A stretch of DNA of 64,000 bases, from NCBI GenBank assembly GCA_965248265.1, contig CBDFJF010000001.1:480001-544000 (forward strand). The letters run 5' to 3'. Both the position numbers and the translations under genes were made by a program. Source of the DNA: Candidatus Latescibacterota bacterium. Its GTDB lineage: Bacteria; Latescibacterota; UBA2968; UBA8231. Below the pieces are notes generated by a model that saw only the letters and a list, made by a program, of their open reading frames with translations, was not told the DNA's origin and did not search any database. The stretch's first letter is position 1. Each line of letters begins with the position of its first letter. Shown here piece after piece: positions 49,387 to 57,770 of the stretch.

Positions 49387-50427
49387 ATGTCCAAGACCCA
49401 GCGGATGATTGCTTTCGCTGTCGCCGTCGTTGTCACGAGCTGGCCCCATGTGGGCGAGGCTGGAGAGGCTTTCGTCACCAAGATCAGGGGGACGAGTCTG
49501 ACCATCGACAAGGGCGCCGAAGAAGGTCTCGAGGTTGGCCTCGAAGTCAAGGTGATTCGGCCTCCCGACGAGGCCATCATCCATCCTCTGACCGGTGAGA
49601 ATCTGGGTGCTCCCGCGATCGAGCTCGGCACAGGGGAGATCACCAAGGTTTCAGCTCGCGCCGCTTCGATCCATCTGGAGAGTTCGCCGATTCTCCCCGT
49701 ACGTCCTGGAGACGTAGTCAATTACATCACCCCGGACGAAAAAATGGTGATGGAACAGGAGATGGTCACGGTGACGGCCGAAAAGGCGGCAGCGGAGCGG
49801 AGCTCGATCCGCAACAAAGCCTCCAGCCTGGCTCGCACCATCGGTGCTGTCCAGGGCACGATCAAGGCGCTGCAGCGCTCCATCAAGGAGTTACAGCGCT
49901 TCGACAACGACGTCGTCAAGCCCCAGTTCAACAGCATCAACCGCGAAATGGAGACGATCCAAGCCGAGCTCAAGGAATTGCGCGAATCCGTTACCTTGAT
50001 GGGTTCCGTGGCGATCGACGGTCTCGAAGGAGAAGGGGTCGAGGGCGAGCTCACCGATATGCAGATCGAGAAGCTGCAGCAATTGATCGATGAAAAGCTG
50101 GTTCTCCTGCAGACCCAGATGCCAACGGGAATCACACCGGGCGAGCCGCCGATGCTGGATGACGAAGAGATCCTAATCGATCCCGAGGCAGAGGAAGAGG
50201 AGGAAGGTGGGTCACTTTGGATCTATCTAGTGGTGATCGCGGTCGGTGTTCTCGCCATCGGAGCCTTCGTCTACATGAAGATGTCGGCCGGTGGTGATGA
50301 CGATGAAGAGGACGACGAAGAAGATGACGACGAAGATGACGGCGATTTCGAGGACGAGGATGACGAGGATCTCGAAATCGAGGAAGAAGACGAAGAAGAC
50401 GACATCGTCGTTGAGGAGACGCAATAA
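49387..50427 (+). CDS. Exported protein: FlgT-C-like beta domain, coiled coil, TM helix and poly-acidic tail
   Basis: Signal peptide, IDKGAEEGL...IIHPLTGENLG, a heptad-like region, a TM segment (LWIYLVVIAVGVLAIGAFVY) and a D/E-rich C-terminus. Confidence 0.75.
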   Translation: MSKTQRMIAFAVAVVVTSWPHVGEAGEAFVTKIRGTSLTIDKGAEEGLEVGLEVKVIRPPDEAIIHPLTGENLGAPAIELGTGEITKVSARAASIHLESSPILPVRPGDVVNYITPDEKMVMEQEMVTVTAEKAAAERSSIRNKASSLARTIGAVQGTIKALQRSIKELQRFDNDVVKPQFNSINREMETIQAELKELRESVTLMGSVAIDGLEGEGVEGELTDMQIEKLQQLIDEKLVLLQTQMPTGITPGEPPMLDDEEILIDPEAEEEEEGGSLWIYLVVIAVGVLAIGAFVYMKMSAGGDDDEEDDEEDDDEDDGDFEDEDDEDLEIEEEDEEDDIVVEETQ

Positions 50428-50429
50428 CA

Positions 50430-51272
50430 ATGTTCTACTGCCTGTTCGATTGGATGCGTGAATCATCAACAAGGGTGGGTCTTGCCGGACTACTTGTCTT
50501 TCTGGCAACCAGTACCGCGGTGGACGCCGACGGCATGGTTATCCGCGTCCAGCAAAGCTCCCAGAGTACCCTGGTGTTCATCGATGTAGGCGCCAACGAC
50601 GGTGTCATGAGAGGCGATCTCTACAACATCATCTCGTCGGAGGTACTCTCGCATCCACTGACCGGTGATACGCTGGCGGTGACGCCGATGAATGTGGGCG
50701 CCATTCAGGTTCATCAAGTAAACGAGAAACTGGCGATTGCCAAGCTCCTGCACCTGATGCCAGGTGAGGATGCCATGTTGAAGCCGATCGCCAGGGTCCA
50801 GGATCCTGATCGTCTGGCGGAAATAGAGAAGCTCGTGTCACGAGCGCGCTTCAAGGCTATGGGCGGCAGTGCACCCCGAAACACAGCACTGATTCCTGGC
50901 ATGTACCAGATGAAGGTCGGGGAGAAGACAAAGGGGTGGGCCCTGCTCGCCTCCGACGCCGTCGCTCTTGTGGCGGCCATCGGCTATCGCACCAATAGCA
51001 ACGACTGGAAGGATCAGTACAACAATCTTCCCGCGGGGCTGCCGGACAGCCAGTACGAATACTACTTCAGCCGTGCTGAAGATCGCCGCAAAACCAGCAA
51101 CCGGCTGTTCTGGTTGGCTGGCGCCATCTATGCCTACAACTGGGCGGATGTGCTGTGGTTGGGGGAGAGCGCCAAGATGATGGCACACACGGCCCCCGCC
51201 AACCAGACTCAGTTCGGTCTCGGCGCAACCAGTGACGGTAATCCGCTCTTCAGCATCCAACACAGATTCTGA
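50430..51272 (+). CDS. Exported protein with a paralogous FlgT-C-like domain and a C-terminal membrane-associated region
   Basis: IDVGANDGV...LSHPLTGDTL, then ALIPG...KGW...AIYAYNWADV and a terminal Phe. Confidence 0.7.
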   Translation: MFYCLFDWMRESSTRVGLAGLLVFLATSTAVDADGMVIRVQQSSQSTLVFIDVGANDGVMRGDLYNIISSEVLSHPLTGDTLAVTPMNVGAIQVHQVNEKLAIAKLLHLMPGEDAMLKPIARVQDPDRLAEIEKLVSRARFKAMGGSAPRNTALIPGMYQMKVGEKTKGWALLASDAVALVAAIGYRTNSNDWKDQYNNLPAGLPDSQYEYYFSRAEDRRKTSNRLFWLAGAIYAYNWADVLWLGESAKMMAHTAPANQTQFGLGATSDGNPLFSIQHRF

Positions 51273-51288
51273 GTCACGCAGCATACCG

Positions 51289-51771
51289 ATGATTCCCGCT
51301 CACAAACCCGTCGTTCTTCACGTCCTCTCCGCGGCCACCTTCGCCGTGCTCTTCAGCATCGGTTGTGGTGGGCTGGAGCGCGACAACCCTGTCGATCCAT
51401 TCGTGACCGGAGGCGCTTCGCTCAGCGAGCAGCTGATCGGCACCTGGACCCGGCGAAGCGGAGCGCAGGCACAGGATTACGGTTTCAGCATCGGACAAGG
51501 CGTCATGCGCGTCGACTACACGGCTGTTTCCGGGGGCACCGTAGACCGCCTCGACTCGTGGTCGACCACCCGCGCACACACCTTCCGGGGGATCTACGAG
51601 CTCGAAGGCGATCAGCTGACGATGACCTACAACGATGCCAACTCCACCGAACCCGGTGAAGAGCTCACGGTTCCAGCCGCCTCGCAGGTTGTCAGAATCA
51701 CCATCAGACGCAATACCTTGACGATGGAAGAGGCCGGCAGCACCCTGCAGTTCCTGCCGTTGCAACCTTAG
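51289..51771 (+). CDS. Putative lipoprotein
   Basis: Hydrophobic signal with an SIGC lipobox, RDNPVDP and a lipocalin-like LIGTW. Confidence 0.7.
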   Translation: MIPAHKPVVLHVLSAATFAVLFSIGCGGLERDNPVDPFVTGGASLSEQLIGTWTRRSGAQAQDYGFSIGQGVMRVDYTAVSGGTVDRLDSWSTTRAHTFRGIYELEGDQLTMTYNDANSTEPGEELTVPAASQVVRITIRRNTLTMEEAGSTLQFLPLQP

Positions 51772-51935
51772 GAATTGGGTTCCTATACGGGTTGGGGCCG
51801 GTCCTTGCCGGCCGCATCGCTCTCTCTATATTCTTCTCGACAATAATAGTCACTGATTCCACGAGCCCGACGCATCGTCGCGTAGTCCGGCTCTTTCCCG
51901 TTGATTGATCGCCCTCTCCCCGAGGGAGTCCTGCC

Positions 51936-53774
51936 TTGAGAAAAGGCATCGCCGTACTCGACTTCGGCGGGCAATACGCCCACCTCATCGCCAACCGCAT
52001 AAGACGCCTCCATGTGTACGCCCGGACGCTGCCTCCGGATGCTCCTGCGAGTGATTTCGCGGAGGCGGATGGCATCATTCTGTCCGGGGGGCCCGCCAGC
52101 GTTTACGATGAGGACAGCCCTCCGTTCAATAACGCCGCCCTGGCGTCGGGGAAGCCGATTCTGGGTCTGTGCTACGGACATCAGTTGTTGTGCCACTCCC
52201 TGGGGGGCACGGTCGAGCTGGGCGAGACGATGGAGTATGGAGCGGCTCATCTCGATGTCGAGTCGCCCACAGGGATACTGCAGGGGTTGGGCCGCAAAGA
52301 GCGAATCTGGATGAGTCACCGCGACACCGTCACCGGATTGCCGCCGGGGTTTCGCGCTCTGGGATCAACGGATGACTGTCCGATCGCGGTGATGGCGGAC
52401 GACGAGCGCCAGATCTTCGGCATGCAGTTCCATCCCGAGGTGACGCACACCGAGTCTGGCATGAAGATTCTGGAGAATTTTGTCGACTTATGCGGCAGCG
52501 AGCGGGACTGGACCATGGAGAATTTCATCCGCGACTCGATGAAGCAGCTGGAGGAGAAGATCGGAGACCGCAAGGTCTTCCTGCTCGTCAGCGGCGGTGT
52601 CGACTCCACTGTCTGTTTCTTACTGCTCAACAAGGCTCTGGGCACGGAGCGGGTACAGGGGTTGCATATCGACAACGGATTCATGCGCCTGGGGGAGACG
52701 GCCCTGGTGGAGCGCCTGTTGCGAGATTCGGGCTTCACCAATCTGGAGGTCGTCGATGCCAGTGCCGATTTCCTGGCGGCCGTGGAAGGCATCGCCGATC
52801 CAGAAGAGAAGCGCCTGAGAATCGGCACCGAGTTCATCGAAGTGCGCGACCGTGTTCTGGACCAGCTGGGAATGGATCCGCAAGAGTGGCTACTGGGACA
52901 GGGGACCCTCTACACTGATACGATCGAATCGGGTGGCACTGACCATGCGGAAGTTATCAAGACGCATCACAATCGGGTTGGAGTGATCGAGCAGCTGCTG
53001 GCAGAGGGCAAGGTCGTTGAGCCGCTGGATCAACTCTACAAAGACGAGGTACGCGAACTCGGCGAAGCCCTGGGATTGCCCCATCACCTGGTGTGGCGTC
53101 ATCCATTCCCCGGGCCGGGATTGGCCGTGCGTGCCCTGTGCGTCAATGGCGAGGCGAAGGATCAGGCGCCGGCCCAGGCCGAGACGGCAGCGGAGGAAAT
53201 CGCTGGGCGGTTCGACCTGGATGCGTACATCCTGCCGTTGCGAAGTGTGGGTGTGCAGGGAGATGGACGTACCTACGCGCACCCTGCGGTACTGACGGGC
53301 AAGAGCACGGATGGTGGCGCCTTGATACCGCAGCAAGGTGGCGTCGAGTGGTCGTCGTTAGAAAAACTGTCCACGGAATTGACCAACGCCGTGTCCCAGA
53401 TCAATCGTGTGATTCTGCAGCTGGGACCTGAACGCCGTCTACGGCAGCGTCTCAAGACTGCGTACCTGACTCGTCAGCGTCTGGATCTGCTGCGCCAGGC
53501 CGACGATCTGGTGATGACGGCTCTGCAGAACCACAATTTGATGGAGCAGGTGACGCAGATGCCGACCGTGCTGCTGCCGCTGTCGTCCGATGGCATTGAG
53601 GAAAGCGTCGTGCTGCGACCGATCACGACCGATGACTTCATGACGGCGCGGTTCGACCAACTGCCCGTGTCTTTTCTCGAAGAAGTAACCGCGGGGTTGC
53701 TCGCACTCAACGGCATCGAGGCAGTGTACTACGACGTCACCAACAAACCCCCCGGTACCGTGGAGTGGGAGTAG
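51936..53774 (+). CDS. guaA: GMP synthase (glutamine-hydrolysing)
   Basis: LDFGGQY, SGGPASV, GLCYG, QFHPEV, SGGVDS, IKTHHN, HPFPGPGL and KPPGTVEWE motifs. Confidence 0.96.
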   Translation: MRKGIAVLDFGGQYAHLIANRIRRLHVYARTLPPDAPASDFAEADGIILSGGPASVYDEDSPPFNNAALASGKPILGLCYGHQLLCHSLGGTVELGETMEYGAAHLDVESPTGILQGLGRKERIWMSHRDTVTGLPPGFRALGSTDDCPIAVMADDERQIFGMQFHPEVTHTESGMKILENFVDLCGSERDWTMENFIRDSMKQLEEKIGDRKVFLLVSGGVDSTVCFLLLNKALGTERVQGLHIDNGFMRLGETALVERLLRDSGFTNLEVVDASADFLAAVEGIADPEEKRLRIGTEFIEVRDRVLDQLGMDPQEWLLGQGTLYTDTIESGGTDHAEVIKTHHNRVGVIEQLLAEGKVVEPLDQLYKDEVRELGEALGLPHHLVWRHPFPGPGLAVRALCVNGEAKDQAPAQAETAAEEIAGRFDLDAYILPLRSVGVQGDGRTYAHPAVLTGKSTDGGALIPQQGGVEWSSLEKLSTELTNAVSQINRVILQLGPERRLRQRLKTAYLTRQRLDLLRQADDLVMTALQNHNLMEQVTQMPTVLLPLSSDGIEESVVLRPITTDDFMTARFDQLPVSFLEEVTAGLLALNGIEAVYYDVTNKPPGTVEWE

Positions 53775-53785
53775 AGCGGTAGCTG

Positions 53786-55036
53786 TTACTTCACCAGGAA
53801 GTACTTGCTCTTGCCCCGGCGGATGACCAGGTACTTGCCGTGTAACCCATCTTTCGTGCGCATGGTTCGCTCCATTTCCTGACAGCGATCCCCATTGATG
53901 TAGATGGCGCCGCTGTCGATGTCCTGGCGTGCCTGCCTTTTCGAGGAGGAGATACCGGCGTTGACGAGCAGGTCGACGAGTCCGACTTGGGGCTCGTCCA
54001 GGTTGTAGGTGGGCACGTCATTGAAGCCCAACTCAAGCTCGTCCTCTTCCAGTTCCACCAGATTCCCGTAGAACAGAGCTTGCGAGATTTTTTCTGCCTT
54101 GCGGGTGCTCTCCTCACCGTGCACGAGAATCGTCAACTCGATGGCCAGGGCGCGCTGGGCCTCGCGCTTGCCCGGATCCTGCTGTACAGATTCCTCCAGT
54201 CCACGGATGGCCTCCTGATCGAGGAAGGTGAAGACCTTGAGCAGGGAGAGGACGCTGGCGTCATCGGTGTTGAGCCAATACTGGTAGAACTCGTACGGAG
54301 ATGTCTTGTCGGCATCCAGCCATACGGTACCGGCTTCGGTTTTGCCGAGTTTGGCACCATCTGCTGTAGTTATCAGCGGATAGGTCAGGCCATAGGTCTT
54401 GGCCCCCTTTACCCGCCTGATCAGATCGGAACCGGCCGTGATGTTGCCCCATTGGTCACTGCCACCGATCTGCAGCTCACATCCTTTGAGCTCGTGTAAC
54501 TTGAGGAAGTCGTAAGACTGTAGAATCATGTAGCTGAACTCGGTGTAGGAGATACCGGTCTCCAGGCGCGAAGAAACCGAGTCCTTGGCCAGCATGTAAG
54601 GGATCGGAAAGTGCTTGCCCACGTCCCTGAACAGGTCGATGGCGGGCATGTCGCCGAGCCAGTCGAAGTTGTTGACGAGTTGGGCCTTGTTAGCACCATC
54701 AAAGTCCAAAAATGGCTCGAGCTGCTTTCTGATCTTGACGGCCCACTCTTCGACCGTATCCCTGGTGTTGAGACTGCGCTCCTCTTTCTTGCCGCCCGGG
54801 TCGCCGATCAGACCGGTGGCTCCACCGACCAGGGCGATGGGCACGTGGCCAGCCTGCTGGAAACGCCGCAGGACAAGGATGGCAGCCAGGTTGCCGATGG
54901 TGAGGCTGTCGGCGGTAGGGTCGAAACCGGCGTAGAGGGTGATCGGCTGCGACTTGGCCAGCCTTTCGGCCAAACCATCCTGATCGGTTACCTGGTACAC
55001 CAGTCCTCTGAAGTATAGATCTTGTAGCAGGGTCAT
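53786..55036 (-). CDS. tyrS: Tyrosine--tRNA ligase
   Basis: YAGFDPTADSL, IGDPGG, EFSY..LQSYDF, QIGGSDQWGNI, KLGKT and an S4 domain (RRGK). True start is ATG 55036, since the longer ORF runs through the terminator. Confidence 0.96.
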   Translation of the reverse strand: MTLLQDLYFRGLVYQVTDQDGLAERLAKSQPITLYAGFDPTADSLTIGNLAAILVLRRFQQAGHVPIALVGGATGLIGDPGGKKEERSLNTRDTVEEWAVKIRKQLEPFLDFDGANKAQLVNNFDWLGDMPAIDLFRDVGKHFPIPYMLAKDSVSSRLETGISYTEFSYMILQSYDFLKLHELKGCELQIGGSDQWGNITAGSDLIRRVKGAKTYGLTYPLITTADGAKLGKTEAGTVWLDADKTSPYEFYQYWLNTDDASVLSLLKVFTFLDQEAIRGLEESVQQDPGKREAQRALAIELTILVHGEESTRKAEKISQALFYGNLVELEEDELELGFNDVPTYNLDEPQVGLVDLLVNAGISSSKRQARQDIDSGAIYINGDRCQEMERTMRTKDGLHGKYLVIRRGKSKYFLVK

Positions 55037-55070
55037 GGCAGTACTCTCATGAGTGTGTGTTTCACCCAAC

Positions 55071-55099
55071 AAAAAACCCCCGACCAGCAGGCCAGGGGT
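55071..55099 (-). terminator. Intrinsic terminator (attenuator) in the tyrS leader
   Basis: mRNA ACCCCUGGCC-UGCU-GGUCGGGGGU (10-bp stem with two G-U pairs) followed by a U run, about 35 nt before the tyrS ATG. Confidence 0.85.
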
Positions 55100-55132
55100 G
55101 TATTCGATTGGATCGACGTGCAAGCGTGACGA

Positions 55133-55195
55133 CTAATCGAAAGCCCCCGGTGAACGGTAGTATCGATAATAAGCGCGGAGCCTGTGCGTCGTCAT
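55133..55195 (-). CDS. Tyr-rich leader peptide of tyrS (20 aa, MTTHRLRAYYRYYRSPGAFD)
   Basis: ATG at 55195, TAT TAT CGA TAC TAC at 55171-55157 and TAG at 55135-55133; lies between the promoter and the terminator. Confidence 0.82.
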   Translation of the reverse strand: MTTHRLRAYYRYYRSPGAFD

Positions 55196-55241
55196 TGTTT
55201 TCGCCGTAATCGGTTTGTCGTAATCGTTTCAGGACAACGGC

Positions 55242-55270
55242 AATATACCCAGGTCGCAGATGTGGGTCAA
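55242..55270 (-). promoter_or_regulatory. sigma70-type promoter of the tyrS leader transcript
   Basis: Minus strand TTGACC (55270-55265), 17-bp spacer, TATATT (55247-55242). Confidence 0.78.
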
Positions 55271-55293
55271 TGTGTCGGGTGGGGTGCCGATAA
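55267..55293 (+). promoter_or_regulatory. Candidate sigma28-type promoter
   Basis: TCAA (55267-55270), 15-bp spacer, perfect GCCGATAA (55286-55293). Confidence 0.6.
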
Positions 55294-55345
55294 TAGGTAC
55301 AGGTCCGAAAGCGCTACCCCCATCGTCGCCAGAGGTGACCGGAAC

Positions 55346-55549
55346 GTGCCAGAAGACGCAATCACAGCCACAGGCATCTACCCCAACATGACCGCGTGTC
55401 ACGAGGCCTGGTTTGTCGACGATGTCAACCAGTTCAAGATGCTGGTCGCGACATGCCGCATGGATGTGTCACGACAGGAGTACGACTGGTGGGTCCATCA
55501 GATCGCCGAGAGCCTGATGGCTGATTGGGCCGACTCCGTGGCCGTCTGA
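55346..55549 (+). CDS. Small hypothetical protein (67 aa)
   Basis: GAGGTG SD 8 nt before the GTG, host-like codon usage, downstream of the sigma28-like motif. Confidence 0.65.
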   Translation: MPEDAITATGIYPNMTACHEAWFVDDVNQFKMLVATCRMDVSRQEYDWWVHQIAESLMADWADSVAV

Positions 55550-55608
55550 ACCCCGCAACAGTTCCGATCTGGCGATCCTAGCGGATCGGCGCCAGGTCCT
55601 TTACCGTT

Positions 55609-55808
55609 TTGACACTGCCCGTCTACCCAAGCTCCGTATCCACAGCTTCCACCGAGGCGATCTGATGGCTCGATGTCCCCCGGCAGACAGCCCGGTCGCC
55701 GAAGAGCAGAGGTGGAGCGACCTGGACCTCGTCGTGGCCGGCCAGACGGTCCTGCACGATGGGGAGCATCCTTCCCTTCTGATCCTGCCGGTGATTTCGG
55801 GAGCATAG
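55609..55808 (+). pseudogene. Decayed C-terminal fragment of a CocE/NonD-type hydrolase
   Basis: Reads HSFHRGD...LVVAGQTVLHDGEHPSLLILPVISGA-stop, resembling the A.QTV.HD..HPS...LPV end of CocE/NonD proteins; the rest of the gene is absent. Confidence 0.5.
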
Positions 55809-56021
55809 AGTACGGCCCGCACTTCGCCTGCCATCGACCACGGCATAAGTCGTCGCCTCATCCGGATTCGAGACCAGGCTGTTGCGCCCGTCGGCCGGGG
55901 CTCAGAGATTGCGCTTGCCCTGCACAATCTCCGAGACCACACTCTAGAGGCCAGTTCAGCGAATCCGAACCAGAATGCCTGCGGTCCCGGCTCCGGGCGC
56001 CCGACATGGATTGAGCCTGTC

Positions 56022-57413
56022 ATGCATCAGACACTGAAGAGATTGACGGACTACGTCGAAGAGGCGGTCACCACCGAAGCCGATTCGAGCGAGGAGAGGC
56101 TGCGCAAGAAGACCTTCACGCTGATCACCTTCCTCAAGTCGGTGTGCTGTGGTCCTTGGGCGTTGATGTACGCGATTCTCGGAATGAGCGCCGCCGCCCT
56201 TTTGCCACTGTCGTATGCAGCCATTCTGCTGGCTAGCATATTGATGTTTTTCATCACAAAGAATTTCGGCCTATTCGTCAACGTCCCGGCCTTTTTCATG
56301 CTGCTGACGCCGATTGCCCTGCAGTTTACCCTGGGCGGTTTCGCCGCCTCCGGGGCGGTCATGCTCTGGTCCATTCTGGCCCCCCTGTCGGTGCTGGTGT
56401 TCCGGGGCGTGCGTGAGGCCAAGCTGTGGTTCGCCGCGTTCGTCCTGATGGTGATCGTCGCCACTATCTTCGAGCAGCATCTGCCTTCAGTCGCAGATCG
56501 ACCCGGCTGGGTTATCAGCCTCTTCTTTGTCATGAATATCGGAGCCGTCACCGCCATAATCTTCGCCACCGTGCTGTATTTTGTCGGCCAGCTCAGAAGA
56601 GAGCAAAGGGTAGTCAAAGAGAAGAACGAGGCCCTGGAATCGACGCTGAGCCAGCTGAAGCAGACGCAGCACCAGCTGATTCTGACGGAGAAGATGGCGA
56701 CGCTGGGAAAACTGGCGGCGGGCGTCGCTCACGAGATCAACAATCCCGTCGGGGCCGTGCGCAGTGCCGCTGATGTATGCGGGCGATGCCTCGGCAAAGT
56801 CGCCGAGATGGTGGGCTCTCGTGAAACGGCTCAGGAAATCAGAGATGATCCACAATACCAGAAATCGCTTCAAATGATGCAGAGCAACAGCGACATCATC
56901 GCCACGGCGACCGAGCGCATCGCCACGATCGTCGACAACCTGAAGGACTTTTCGCGCCTCGATGAGGCGGAATTTCAGTCAGCCGACCTCCATTCTGGCA
57001 TCGACAGCGCGCTCACGCTCATGCAGCACGAGATTGGTGATGATGTTCAAATCGTCAAGGAATACGGCTCCATCCCGACGATACCCTGTTACTCCAATCA
57101 GCTCAATCAGGTGTTCATGAGCCTCCTCTCCAGAGCTGTGAATGTCATCGACGGCTCGGGTACCGTCACCATCAGTACCCACGCGGACGATGACCATGTC
57201 TGCGTCTCTTTCCGCGATACGGGCGAGGGTATTCCTCCCGGACAGATGGATAATCTCTTTGAGTTGAGCTTTGAGGCGGCGGACTCACGAGTGAGTCTGG
57301 ACACGAGCCTGCCCAGCGCCTACAACATCATCCGGGCCCACGACGGTGACTTGACCGTGGACAGTCGGGTGGACGGGGGGACGGAATTCAAGATATCTCT
57401 GCCGAAGCCGTGA
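56022..57413 (+). CDS. Membrane sensor histidine kinase-like protein with a degenerate ATPase domain
   Basis: About six TM helices, EKMATLGKLAAGVAHEINNP H-box and DTGEGI; N and G2 boxes altered. Confidence 0.88.
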   Translation: MHQTLKRLTDYVEEAVTTEADSSEERLRKKTFTLITFLKSVCCGPWALMYAILGMSAAALLPLSYAAILLASILMFFITKNFGLFVNVPAFFMLLTPIALQFTLGGFAASGAVMLWSILAPLSVLVFRGVREAKLWFAAFVLMVIVATIFEQHLPSVADRPGWVISLFFVMNIGAVTAIIFATVLYFVGQLRREQRVVKEKNEALESTLSQLKQTQHQLILTEKMATLGKLAAGVAHEINNPVGAVRSAADVCGRCLGKVAEMVGSRETAQEIRDDPQYQKSLQMMQSNSDIIATATERIATIVDNLKDFSRLDEAEFQSADLHSGIDSALTLMQHEIGDDVQIVKEYGSIPTIPCYSNQLNQVFMSLLSRAVNVIDGSGTVTISTHADDDHVCVSFRDTGEGIPPGQMDNLFELSFEAADSRVSLDTSLPSAYNIIRAHDGDLTVDSRVDGGTEFKISLPKP

Positions 57414-57437
57414 TTGGCTCTGGCCGATTTGGGATCC

Positions 57438-57466
57438 TTGCGGATCGGGGTCGGGTCCTTTACCAT
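57438..57466 (+). promoter_or_regulatory. Candidate sigma70 promoter of tRNA-Val
   Basis: TTGCGG, 17-bp spacer, TACCAT. Confidence 0.5.
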
Positions 57467-57516
57467 TCTAACACTGCCGCCAGAGTTCGAGACAACGCTG
57501 GCGGCTTTTCTCATTG

Positions 57517-57593
57517 GGGCGATTAGCTCAGTTGGTCAGAGCACCTGCCTTACAAGCAGGGGGTCGCTGGTTCGAGCCCGGCATCGCCCACCA
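57517..57593 (+). tRNA. tRNA-Val (anticodon TAC)
   Basis: Acceptor stem GGGCGAT/ATCGCCC, D arm AGCTCAGTTGGTCAGAGC, anticodon arm CCTGC-CTTACAA-GCAGG, GGTTCGAG T loop and encoded CCA. Confidence 0.97.
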
Positions 57594-57599
57594 TTAATT

Positions 57600-57634
57600 G
57601 GCTCTTTGGATTCTCTGTCCAAAGGGCCTTTTTT
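57600..57634 (+). terminator. Intrinsic terminator after tRNA-Val
   Basis: GGCTCTTTGGA-N7-TCCAAAGGGCC followed by T6. Confidence 0.85.
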
Positions 57635-57721
57635 ATTTAAAAACAGTATGTTATATTATCAATGAACGAGTGGAGAAAGGTCGTCACTGACCTGTCTCAT
57701 CCAACGTCATTGAGACCGGAA

Positions 57722-57765
57722 TTACCCCATTTTACCCCATTTTGATGGTTACAGTGATGGTTACA
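57722..57765. repeat. Two pairs of short direct repeats upstream of the integrase
   Basis: TTACCCCATT twice (57722-57741) and TGATGGTTACA twice (57743-57753, 57755-57765). Confidence 0.75.
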
Positions 57766-57770
57766 CGCCA

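Noticed and set aside
51772-51935. Purine riboswitch before guaA
   Set aside because: The conserved aptamer core (UAUAAU...GG...GUUUCUACC) is not present.
55037-55123. 29-aa N-terminal extension of TyrRS in the ORF track
   Set aside because: It runs through the terminator hairpin; TyrRS-like sequence starts at ATG 55036.
55037-55240. T-box riboswitch upstream of tyrS
   Set aside because: No UGGNACC T-box bulge or stem I motifs are visible; the Tyr-codon uORF explains the leader better.
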